From contig CAYSES010000005.1 in assembly GCA_964430085.1 (NCBI GenBank), forward strand, positions 7,677 through 31,335: a stretch of DNA of 23,659 nt. The letters run 5' to 3'. How positions within the stretch are numbered: position 1 is the stretch's first letter; each line of letters starts with the position of its first letter. The notes beneath the pieces are model-generated. The model made no database searches and was not told the origin of the DNA. It saw only the letters and a list, made by a program, of their open reading frames with translations. The DNA is from Candidatus Woesearchaeota archaeon (GTDB taxonomy: Archaea; Nanobdellota; Nanobdellia; Pacearchaeales; GW2011-AR1). A program made the position numbers and the translations under genes. Shown here piece after piece: positions 9,556-17,702 of this stretch.

Positions 9556-9873
9556 ATGAAAAAATCAGAATATTCAGAGATTACAAAAAAATATCTTAAA
9601 CGAAGAAGTTATCTGCAAAAAATAAATCTGGGAGACCTTGTCTGGGATGAGAATGGGTGGGGGGACTACCATACTGCAATTGTAAAAGAAGTGAATATTG
9701 ATGAGGATTATATAAGGGTAATTGATGTTACAAGAAGTAATGAAGAATTTGATTATGAATATTTTCTAACTGAAGAAGAAATGCTTAAAAAAGGATTTTC
9801 AAAAGAAGGCATAGAAAAAGAACGTAAAAAATATGCGGGGCTGATAAAGAAAGTTATTGAAAACAAATTATAA
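9556..9873 (+). CDS. Hypothetical protein (105 aa)
   Basis: Intact ORF between rps7 and the EF-2 gene, with a charged, K/E-rich C-terminus. No motif was recognised. Confidence 0.45.
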   Translation: MKKSEYSEITKKYLKRRSYLQKINLGDLVWDENGWGDYHTAIVKEVNIDEDYIRVIDVTRSNEEFDYEYFLTEEEMLKKGFSKEGIEKERKKYAGLIKKVIENKL

Positions 9874-9941
9874 CCAAAGTTTTTTAAAGCATTTTTTCAA
9901 TTAGATTATTATTCTTGATTATATCATGAATTATATTTACT

Positions 9942-12131
9942 ATGGCAGAAAAAGAAACACAATTTCAGAAAATAGAAAGACTTAGCAGAAGCCAGAAACA
10001 TGTTAGGAATATAGCAACAAGTGCACATATTCATCATGGAAAAACTGCATTGACAGATAATTTATTGGCAGCTTCAGGTTATATGGCTGCAAAAAATGCG
10101 GGAAGCCTTGAAGAAGGAATGGCAACATGGCAACATTCTGATGAGCAGGAAAGACTAATGACAGTTGATGCTGCAAATGTCTCAATGGTTCACGATTTTC
10201 ACGGAGAAGAGTGCTTAATTAATTTAATTGATACTCCCGGACACGTTGATTTTTCTGGGAATGTTACTAGGGCTATGAGAGCAATTGACGGAACTGTTGT
10301 TCTTGTATGTGCTGTAGAAGGAATAATGCCGCAAACAGAAACTGTTATCAAACAGGCTTTGAGAGAAAGAGTAAAACCTGTTTTGTTTATCAATAAAGTT
10401 GATAGATTGATAAAAGAAATGAAACTAACTCCTGAAAGCATGCAAAAAAGATTTGTAAGAATCATAAAAGAATTTAATGATTTAATCAGTAAAATTGCAG
10501 AACCAGAATTCAAAGAAAAATGGCTTGTTAATATCAATGACGGAAGTGTTGCATTTGGAAGTGCGAGAGAAAACTGGGCTTTATCTGTTCCGTTCATGAA
10601 AAAGAAGGGGATAACATTCAAAGATATTTTTACATTATATGAAATGAATGAACAAGAAAAAAAAGATTGGGTCTGGAAAAATGCCCCGTTATATGAAGTT
10701 CTTTTAGACATGGTAGTCAAACATTTGCCCAATCCATTAGATGCTCAAAAATACAGAATCCCAAAAATCTGGCACGGAGACCTTGACAGTGAATTAGGAA
10801 AAAATCTAATAAATTGTGATCCAAAAGGAAAAGTTGCATTTGTTATAACGAGAATTGTTATAGATCCAAGATCAGGAAAAGAAATTTCTGCAGGAAGATT
10901 ATTTTCAGGGACTATAAAAAACGGGATGGAGGTTTATCTTAATCTTGCAAACAAAAAACAAAAAGTTCAACAGATATTTATTTACAACGGAATAAGGCCA
11001 GAACAAATTGAAGAAATTGGCCCAGGAAATGTTCTTGCTATCTCAGGAGTAACAGGAGAAGCAGGAGAGACTGTTACATTAGAACCAGAAACTCCATTTG
11101 AAGAATTGAAACATATATTTGAACCTGTGGTTACAAAATCTATTGAAGTTAAGAAAATGATGGACTTGCCAAAACTTGTTGAAATATTAAAACAAGTTGC
11201 AAAAGAAGATCCTTCTATCAAAGTAGAAATTAACGAACAGACAGGAGAAAGTCTTATCTCTGGAATGGGAGAATTGCATTTGGAAATTATAGAAAACAGA
11301 ATAAGAACAGAAAAAGGATTGGATGTTAAAACCTCTGCGCCAATTGTTGTTTACAGGGAGACTGTTAATAAAGAATCACCGTCAGTTGAAGGAAGAAGCC
11401 CAAACAAACATAATAGTTTTTTCATTTCTGTCGAGCCCTTAGAAGATAATATTTATGAAGGAATCAAAAGTGGAGAAATCCCAGAAGGGAGAGTAAAAAA
11501 GAAAAGCCAGGAATTAGCTAATAAACTTTCACAATTTGGATGGGACGGGGATACTATAAGGAATGTGAGAGATGTTTACAAAGGAAATATTTTTCTTGAT
11601 GAAACAAGAGGAGAAGTTCATATTGGAGAAGTAATTGAAATGGTTTTAGATGCATTTGAGATGGTAATGGACAGAGGACCTTTGGCAAGAGAACCTTGTA
11701 CAAAAATGAAGGTCTCTTTAATGGATATTAAACTTCATGAGGATGCAATTCATCGTGGCCCTGCTCAAGTTTATCCTGCTGTAAGAGAAGCTATAACAGA
11801 AGCAATGAAAAGTGCTGATGCATGTTTATTAGAACCTGTTCAGATACATGTTATTGAAATCCCAGAAAGATTTATGGGAGCTATTACAAGACTTGTCGGA
11901 AGCAAGAGAGGACAATTATTAGAAGTTAAACAGGAAGAAATGGGAACAGAAATAAAAGCAAAGATTCCCGTTGCTGAGATGATTGGATGGAGTAATGATT
12001 TAAGAAGCGCTACTGAAGGAAGAGGAGTTTCATCTTTATATGATCAACTTTTCGAAAAAGTTCCCCGATCTTTAACTGAAGACATAATCAGAAAGATAAG
12101 GGATAGAAAAGGTTTAGCAGAAAACCAATAG
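9942..12131 (+). CDS. fusA: Translation elongation factor aEF-2
   Basis: 729-aa ORF with GTPase motifs AHIHHGKT, DTPGHVDF and NKVDR, and the diphthamide-site block LHEDAIHRGPAQ. It is in the conserved position between rps7 and tuf. Confidence 0.97.
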   Translation: MAEKETQFQKIERLSRSQKHVRNIATSAHIHHGKTALTDNLLAASGYMAAKNAGSLEEGMATWQHSDEQERLMTVDAANVSMVHDFHGEECLINLIDTPGHVDFSGNVTRAMRAIDGTVVLVCAVEGIMPQTETVIKQALRERVKPVLFINKVDRLIKEMKLTPESMQKRFVRIIKEFNDLISKIAEPEFKEKWLVNINDGSVAFGSARENWALSVPFMKKKGITFKDIFTLYEMNEQEKKDWVWKNAPLYEVLLDMVVKHLPNPLDAQKYRIPKIWHGDLDSELGKNLINCDPKGKVAFVITRIVIDPRSGKEISAGRLFSGTIKNGMEVYLNLANKKQKVQQIFIYNGIRPEQIEEIGPGNVLAISGVTGEAGETVTLEPETPFEELKHIFEPVVTKSIEVKKMMDLPKLVEILKQVAKEDPSIKVEINEQTGESLISGMGELHLEIIENRIRTEKGLDVKTSAPIVVYRETVNKESPSVEGRSPNKHNSFFISVEPLEDNIYEGIKSGEIPEGRVKKKSQELANKLSQFGWDGDTIRNVRDVYKGNIFLDETRGEVHIGEVIEMVLDAFEMVMDRGPLAREPCTKMKVSLMDIKLHEDAIHRGPAQVYPAVREAITEAMKSADACLLEPVQIHVIEIPERFMGAITRLVGSKRGQLLEVKQEEMGTEIKAKIPVAEMIGWSNDLRSATEGRGVSSLYDQLFEKVPRSLTEDIIRKIRDRKGLAENQ

Positions 12132-12147
12132 GGGCAAAAAAGAAAAA

Positions 12148-12155
12148 TTTATAAA
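12148..12155 (+). promoter_or_regulatory. TATA box (TTTATAAA) upstream of the EF-1alpha gene
   Basis: Consensus-like archaeal TATA preceded by an A-rich (BRE-like) run. It lies 57 nt before the ATG at 12213, so this transcript would carry a leader. Confidence 0.4.
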
Positions 12156-12212
12156 CCCAAATTTTTTTACATAACTACCAAAAATTTTCTAACGAAAATT
12201 TAACATAATACA

Positions 12213-13499
12213 ATGGCAAAAGAAAAACCAAACATGAACGTCGTGTTCGTTGGACACGTTGATGCAGGAAAATCAACTACAGTCGGAAGACTATTGTTTG
12301 ATAGCGGAGCAGTTTCTGAACAGGAGCTAAAAAAGCTTAAAGAAGAAGCTGAGAAGCACGGAAAAGCTGGTTTTGAGTTTGCTTATGTTATGGACAAGAT
12401 TAAAGAAGAAAGAGAAAGAGGAGTTACAATTGATCTTGCTTACAAAAAGATTCTTACACAAAAATACCAAATAACAATAATTGATGCACCTGGACACAGA
12501 GATTTTGTTAAGAACATGATAACAGGAGCTTCACAGGCAGATGCTGCATTCCTTGTTGTTGCAGCTACAACTGGAGTAGAACCTCAAACAAGAGAACATT
12601 TATGGCTTTTAAGAACAATGGGTGTAAGGAATATTGCAGTTATAATAAACAAAATGGACGGGATAAATTATGATGAAAGCAAATTCAACAAGGTAAAAGA
12701 AGATGTCTCTGCTCTTTTGAAGAGTGTTGGAATAAACGCTGATAAAACAACTTTCATTGCATGTTCAGGATTAAAAGGAGATAATGTTGTTAAAAAATCA
12801 ACAAATATGCCTTGGTATAAAGGTCCAACAGTTTTAGAAGAGATGGATTTATTCCCTAAACCAGAACTTCCAACAAATCTTCCAATGAGAATGCCTGTTC
12901 AGGATGTTTATGAAATTACAGGAATAGGAACTGTTCCAGTTGGAAAAATTGAAACAGGAATAATGAAAGTTGGTCAAAAAGTAAGAGTATTACCTGGAAG
13001 AACAGGAAAAGGAATTGACGGAGAAATTAAGACAGTAGAAATGCATCATGAAGCATTACCACAAGCAGATGCAGGAGATAATGTTGGAGTAAATGTAAGA
13101 GGTGTCGGAAAGAAAGATATTGCAAGAGGAGATGTTATCTGCGAGGCAACACACCCAATACCTGTTGTTGAAGAATTTATAGGAATAATCACAGTAATTA
13201 ATCATCCAACTGTTTTGGCTAAAGGATATACACCAGTATTCCACATTCATACTGCTCAAGTTCCTTGTCAATTTGTTGAATTGATTGCAAAAATCAATCC
13301 TGCAACTATGGAAGTTATACAGGAAAATCCTGATTTCCTTAAGAACGGAGAAACTGCAAGAGTAAGAATAAAACCACAAGGAAATTTATGTTTAGAAACT
13401 CAGAAAGATAATCCATACATGTCAAAATTCGCAGTAAGAGATGCAGGTTCAACTGTTGCAGCAGGAATGTGTACTGAGATTACAAAAAAGAAAGAATAA
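12213..13499 (+). CDS. tuf: Translation elongation factor aEF-1alpha
   Basis: 428-aa ORF with [27 protein letters not shown] and the typical domain II/III blocks ([26 protein letters not shown]). Confidence 0.97.
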   Translation: MAKEKPNMNVVFVGHVDAGKSTTVGRLLFDSGAVSEQELKKLKEEAEKHGKAGFEFAYVMDKIKEERERGVTIDLAYKKILTQKYQITIIDAPGHRDFVKNMITGASQADAAFLVVAATTGVEPQTREHLWLLRTMGVRNIAVIINKMDGINYDESKFNKVKEDVSALLKSVGINADKTTFIACSGLKGDNVVKKSTNMPWYKGPTVLEEMDLFPKPELPTNLPMRMPVQDVYEITGIGTVPVGKIETGIMKVGQKVRVLPGRTGKGIDGEIKTVEMHHEALPQADAGDNVGVNVRGVGKKDIARGDVICEATHPIPVVEEFIGIITVINHPTVLAKGYTPVFHIHTAQVPCQFVELIAKINPATMEVIQENPDFLKNGETARVRIKPQGNLCLETQKDNPYMSKFAVRDAGSTVAAGMCTEITKKKE

Positions 13500-13525
13500 T
13501 TCTAAATTCTATTAACTTTTTTACA

Positions 13526-13696
13526 ATGATAACGAAATATAATAAAACATTCAAAGAAATCTATAAAAAGATAAAAACGGAAAGAGATCCTTTAGAAGTT
13601 ATTGAGGAATATGTTCCGGTTTTCAAGGAAGAAGGATTAGGGCGTTTGGGAATATTCAATTATTTATGCCTTTATATAGCAGAAAGAAAAAATTAA
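13526..13696 (+). CDS. Possible 56-aa ORF (hand-translated, below the ORF-track cutoff)
   Basis: ATG...TAA ORF reading MITKYNKTFKEIYKKIKTERDPLEVIEEYVPVFKEEGLGRLGIFNYLCLYIAERKN. There is no convincing TATA upstream. A T6 tract at 13517-13522, just upstream, may terminate tuf transcripts, which argues against expression. Confidence 0.15.
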   Translation: MITKYNKTFKEIYKKIKTERDPLEVIEEYVPVFKEEGLGRLGIFNYLCLYIAERKN

Positions 13697-13709
13697 AAGT
13701 ACATAAAAA

Positions 13710-13717
13710 TTTTTAAA
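13710..13717 (+). promoter_or_regulatory. TATA box (TTTTTAAA) 22 nt before the ATG at 13740
   Basis: Same 8-mer-plus-22-nt architecture as other promoters in the window. Confidence 0.4.
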
Positions 13718-13739
13718 GTCCAGACTTGTGTGTTTTCTT

Positions 13740-13871
13740 ATGGAAGGAAAAGAGAGTAGATATAATGTTTTAATTACAGGAAAAAATACACATTTTGAAT
13801 TCTCAATAAATGAATTATCAGATTTTGATGATCTTGAAGAAATTCTAAGATTATTAAAGGAGAAATTATAA
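13740..13871 (+). CDS. Possible 43-aa microprotein, coupled to the downstream helical-repeat gene
   Basis: Hand-translated as MEGKESRYNVLITGKNTHFEFSINELSDFDDLEEILRLLKEKL. It has a TATA at canonical leaderless spacing. Its stop overlaps the next start (TAATG at 13869-13873). Confidence 0.3.
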   Translation: MEGKESRYNVLITGKNTHFEFSINELSDFDDLEEILRLLKEKL

Positions 13872-14428
13872 TGTTAAGAAAAGACATGACAAAATCAGAG
13901 ATTGAAAAAGAACTTAATGGGAAAGGGGATTATGTTTTAATTGATAATATAACAAGGTTCCTGAAAGAAAACCCTGCACTGGATGTAAAAAAATTTCTTT
14001 ATCTTAAACTAACAGAAATATATGAAAGAAGGAATATGTTCTCTGAAGCAGCAGAATTGTATGACAGGCTTTCTGAAATATCTTCTATTGTTGAAGAACG
14101 GGCAAAATATTTTACAAAAGAAACAGAAGATTACATAAAAGCCGGATTTTTTGACAAGGCAGACTTAGCTTTAAAGAAAATTATTGTAAATATAAAAGCA
14201 AGTGAAAGGCCGAAAATAATGCTAACTATAAAGGAATTTTACAAAAACCAAGCCAATACATATGAAAAAGAGAAGAGAAGAAGCCTTGCTGTTAAAACCT
14301 ATGAAAAACTGCTTGATATGAATATTCCGGATTTAGAAAAAGAAGAAATCAATAGAAAACTTCTTGAACTTTATCAGTCTCTTGGAATGATTAAAAAATT
14401 GATGATTCTAAAAGAAAAATTAAGGTAA
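13871..14428 (+). CDS. All-helical, TPR-like repeat protein, hypothetical
   Basis: 185-aa ORF with recurring helix-pair-like segments of about 34 aa (e.g. LYLKLTEIYERRNMFSEAAELYDRL, AVKTYEKLLDMNIP). No catalytic motif was seen. Confidence 0.55.
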   Translation: MLRKDMTKSEIEKELNGKGDYVLIDNITRFLKENPALDVKKFLYLKLTEIYERRNMFSEAAELYDRLSEISSIVEERAKYFTKETEDYIKAGFFDKADLALKKIIVNIKASERPKIMLTIKEFYKNQANTYEKEKRRSLAVKTYEKLLDMNIPDLEKEEINRKLLELYQSLGMIKKLMILKEKLR

Positions 14429-14607
14429 ACTTTAAAAACCTTCTTAATCACTTATTACCCATAGAAGTATCTATTTTATAGATCAATCACATTCACAAAT
14501 CACTTTCCTATATTCATTTTTGAGAGGAAATTAAGAATTGTAAATTCGTAGATATTTCTAAAAAGAAATCATAGATTTCAAAAAAATTAAACTTAGGAAA
14601 CAAAAAA

Positions 14608-15732
14608 ATGGCAAAAATAAGCCCAGTATCAATAAAATATATGATACATGCAAATTTTTCAGCAGAAGGCGCTTTAGAAAAGCCAGATGTAATCGGTGCT
14701 ATATTCGGACAAACAGAAGGTCTTTTAGGAGCTGAACTCGAAATGAGAGAACTCCAAAAAGAAGGAAAGATTGGAAGGATAGAAGTTGAATTACATAAAG
14801 AAGGGAAAAAGACTGTAGGGAGTATAAAAATTCCAACAGCACTTGACCAATCAGAAACTACATTAATTGCTGCTGCTATTGAGACAATAGAAAGAATAGG
14901 TCCTTGCGATTCTCAAATAGAAGTTGAAAGAATAGAAGATGTCAGAGGAAGCAAGAGAGATTATATTGTTGAAAGAGCAAAGAAACTAATGCAGGAAATT
15001 CACGGAACAACTGATTCAAGAGAGATCTCTGCAGAAATAAAAGATTCTGCAAGAATTGCAGGAATCAAAGAGTATGGCGAAAACAAATTACCATGCGGTG
15101 ATATTTCAGGAAAAGAATTGATAGTAGTTGAAGGAAGAGCAGATGTTTTGAACCTGATAAGAAACGGAGTAAACAATGTTATTGGGATGAACGGAACAAA
15201 ACTTCCTGATGAAATCAAAGAATTGAGCAAGGAAAAAGAAATAACTCTTTTTGTCGACGGTGACAGAGGAGGAAAACTTATTGCTCAGAATGTAGCTGAA
15301 AATGCTGATGTAACATACATTGCTAGTGCTCCTGACGGAAAAGAAGTCGAAGAGCTTACTGGCAAGGAAATCTTGATGAACCTTAGAAAGAAAGTGCCTG
15401 CAAAGGAATTTCTTTCTAGGTCTCAAGACCGAAAAAAAGAGACTTTTAAATTAACTGAAAAAGATAAAGATCAATTGAAAAAAATTTCAAAAGAAAATGA
15501 AGGAAGCAACAAAGCAATGCTTCTTGACAGTTCATTAAATAAAATAAAAGAAATTTCTGTGAAAAGCCTTTCAGGCAATTTGAAAAGAATAAAAGAGAAA
15601 CCTGAAGTTATTGTAATTGACGGAACTGCTACAAAACAAATAATTTATACAGCTGAGGAAATCGGATGCAAGGTTATAGTAGCAAAGAATTTTATGACAA
15701 CTGATACGAAGATGAAATTATTAAGTTTATAG
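14608..15732 (+). CDS. dnaG: Archaeal DnaG-type primase/Toprim protein
   Basis: 374-aa ORF. The N-terminal block EKPDVIGAIFGQTEGLLG...LRELQKEGKIGRIEV is characteristic of archaeal DnaG. Toprim signatures are present (VVEGRADVLNL, FVDGDRGG). Confidence 0.9.
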   Translation: MAKISPVSIKYMIHANFSAEGALEKPDVIGAIFGQTEGLLGAELEMRELQKEGKIGRIEVELHKEGKKTVGSIKIPTALDQSETTLIAAAIETIERIGPCDSQIEVERIEDVRGSKRDYIVERAKKLMQEIHGTTDSREISAEIKDSARIAGIKEYGENKLPCGDISGKELIVVEGRADVLNLIRNGVNNVIGMNGTKLPDEIKELSKEKEITLFVDGDRGGKLIAQNVAENADVTYIASAPDGKEVEELTGKEILMNLRKKVPAKEFLSRSQDRKKETFKLTEKDKDQLKKISKENEGSNKAMLLDSSLNKIKEISVKSLSGNLKRIKEKPEVIVIDGTATKQIIYTAEEIGCKVIVAKNFMTTDTKMKLLSL

Positions 15733-15756
15733 TGTTGTGTTTCTAGAGTAGTAATA

Positions 15757-15764
15757 TTTTTATA
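15757..15764 (+). promoter_or_regulatory. TATA box (TTTTTATA) for the patatin-like gene
   Basis: Exactly 21 nt separate the 8-mer from the ATG at 15786. Confidence 0.45.
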
Positions 15765-15785
15765 GTTTGGTTTCTGTATATTATC

Positions 15786-16775
15786 ATGTTTAGACCAAAA
15801 TCCACTGCAGAAGTTTTTAGCGGAGCTGTTTGTAAAGGTTTTTCTGGCGTAGGATATATGAAATTAAAAGAGGAACTGGGTATCACTGATGAAGATCTTG
15901 GAAAAAAGACATGGAAATATGGGGTATCCGCAGGAACTATATTGGCTGCGTTCTTAGCTGAGGGTATTAAATCTGAATATATTAATGAATATTTTAGAAA
16001 AAACGATGCTCTTTTAAAGAAAATATTCCCTATAGATTTTTTTGGAATGTTTCATTTACATAATGGAACTATCGATGAAAATGGATATATCATAGATATT
16101 AGAAAAAGGCAAATTGCGAACAGTGGCTTTGTAAATCCAAGAAATCTTGAGAGATTTTTAGAGGATTTTTTAGGAACTGTGACATTTAAAGAGAGACCTG
16201 ATTTAGAATTCATAGCCATAGACTGGAAAAACAAAGAGCCTATATATCTTAATTATAAAACATGTCCAGATCTTAAGATTGTTGAGGGGTGTATGACCAG
16301 TGCTGCAATCCCGGGGATGTATCCTGCAAGAAGAATAAATCATAATGGCAAATGGAAATATTGTATTGACGGAGGGGTCATTGAAAATCTTCCAATAAAA
16401 CACGCTTTAGAAAACAAGAAGGTAAAAGATATTCTTGCGGTTACATTTACCGATCTTTTCCCAGAAGAAAAGCATTCTGGAGCTTGGTGGGAATTCTTAA
16501 TACCTTCCATTGGCCTATGTGCTGGTTATAATGAAAAGAAATTTATGAGTAAGATTCTAAAAGAAGATTATCTTAATTTTGTTTCTAATAAAGAGGTAAA
16601 AAAGATTAGATATCATGGAAGAAGAAAAAATCTTGCTGTATTGGCTCCAAAAATTGATCCAAAATATTTCTTTGAAGCAAGTTATAAAAATCTCCAAGAA
16701 TTAATTAAAATTGGTTATGAGGATTCAAAACGGATATTGGGAAAATTAATGAGAGTACAAAAAAAGATATTTTAA
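15786..16775 (+). CDS. Patatin-like phospholipase/acyl hydrolase
   Basis: 329-aa ORF with the nucleophile elbow G-V-S-A-G (aa 46-50, nt 15921-15935) and the catalytic Asp motif D-G-G (aa 195-197, nt 16368-16376), plus SAAIPGMYP between them. The N-terminal oxyanion loop is degenerate (SGAVCKG instead of SGGGxRG). Confidence 0.8.
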   Translation: MFRPKSTAEVFSGAVCKGFSGVGYMKLKEELGITDEDLGKKTWKYGVSAGTILAAFLAEGIKSEYINEYFRKNDALLKKIFPIDFFGMFHLHNGTIDENGYIIDIRKRQIANSGFVNPRNLERFLEDFLGTVTFKERPDLEFIAIDWKNKEPIYLNYKTCPDLKIVEGCMTSAAIPGMYPARRINHNGKWKYCIDGGVIENLPIKHALENKKVKDILAVTFTDLFPEEKHSGAWWEFLIPSIGLCAGYNEKKFMSKILKEDYLNFVSNKEVKKIRYHGRRKNLAVLAPKIDPKYFFEASYKNLQELIKIGYEDSKRILGKLMRVQKKIF

Positions 16776-16808
16776 TTGTTTCTTATTAGTAGTAACAAAA
16801 TAGAAGGA

Positions 16809-16816
16809 TTTATAAA
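16809..16816 (+). promoter_or_regulatory. TATA box (TTTATAAA) for the HExxH gene
   Basis: Exactly 21 nt separate the 8-mer from the ATG at 16838. Confidence 0.45.
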
Positions 16817-16837
16817 TATCCTAATTAATAAATTTTT

Positions 16838-17545
16838 ATGGCAATAAGACTTGTAGAATCAGGCAGAGAATTTTCTGATGGAGATATTGATGAGATAAAA
16901 GGATTTCTGTCAAAATTGCCTTACTCACATGTTGATAAATTATATCGCATTGAAAGATTACCGATTATAATAGGGGATTATGCAAATGTTCCACATAATT
17001 TGGGTGGGGAGATGGGAATAGCTGATGATTTTTACCATTTAAATAAAGAAGAAAGAGAATTTATATTTATACATGAAATGGGGCATAATTTTTTTAATTC
17101 AAAAGATGAAAATGAAGGAAAATATTCATCTATAGGATTACCCTGCAAAAGAGAGGATATTGAACATCTTTCAATGATACAATGGATGGAATTGGGAAAT
17201 TGGGAATTAGATCCTAAGATATGGAAAACAATAGAAAAGATAAGCGGGAAAAAAGACAAATATAATCATTTAATGGAAAAAGGAAAAAATGATCATGAAA
17301 TTGGTGAATGGAAATGCCCAACTGAAAGTAGGATTTTAGAAAATTTATTTGATCTTGCTTTTAGATATGATAAATATTTTTATTCCCCAAAAGAAGAAAT
17401 GGCAGATGCCTATGCATTATTTGCAGCGGATAAAAATTTGTTTAAAAAATATGCTGAAAAAAATGAAAATATTAAAGCAAAATATAATTTTATTTCAAAG
17501 TTTTTTGAAGAGAACTCTAAAGGCGAGATAATTTTTAAAAGATAA
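16838..17545 (+). CDS. Putative zinc metallopeptidase-like protein (HExxH), family unassigned
   Basis: 235-aa ORF with HEMGH at aa 79-83 (nt 17072-17086), preceded by a hydrophobic strand (FIFI). A possible third-ligand segment EEMADAYALF lies near aa 196. There is no signal peptide or TM helix. Confidence 0.6.
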   Translation: MAIRLVESGREFSDGDIDEIKGFLSKLPYSHVDKLYRIERLPIIIGDYANVPHNLGGEMGIADDFYHLNKEEREFIFIHEMGHNFFNSKDENEGKYSSIGLPCKREDIEHLSMIQWMELGNWELDPKIWKTIEKISGKKDKYNHLMEKGKNDHEIGEWKCPTESRILENLFDLAFRYDKYFYSPKEEMADAYALFAADKNLFKKYAEKNENIKAKYNFISKFFEENSKGEIIFKR

Positions 17546-17642
17546 AATTTACCGACGATAAAATTATATGTAAGGTAAATTCACTTTTTGTTACTTACAT
17601 TTAGTACTATAGGATAAATACATACCTGTTGTCACCATAAAG

Positions 17643-17650
17643 TTTATAAA
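17643..17650 (+). promoter_or_regulatory. TATA box (TTTATAAA) upstream of the surface-protein gene
   Basis: Consensus-like TATA preceded by AAAG. It lies 52 nt before the ATG at 17703 and 73 nt before the ATG at 17724, so this gene would have a 5' leader. Confidence 0.4.
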
Positions 17651-17702
17651 CGATTTTCAGTTATGTAAAATTACAGAAAACGAAGTTTTTCTGCAATTAA
17701 AT

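Noticed and set aside
13526-13696. Possibility that the region after tuf holds a degraded rps10.
   Set aside because: The 56-aa translation shows no resemblance to uS10 blocks. No other frame gives an S10-like peptide.
14446-14503. Three AATCAC copies (14446, 14485, 14498) in the 179-nt spacer upstream of dnaG, considered as a binding-site array or ncRNA.
   Set aside because: The repeats are only 6 nt long with irregular spacing. No flanking conservation or stable secondary structure is evident, so this is compatible with chance.
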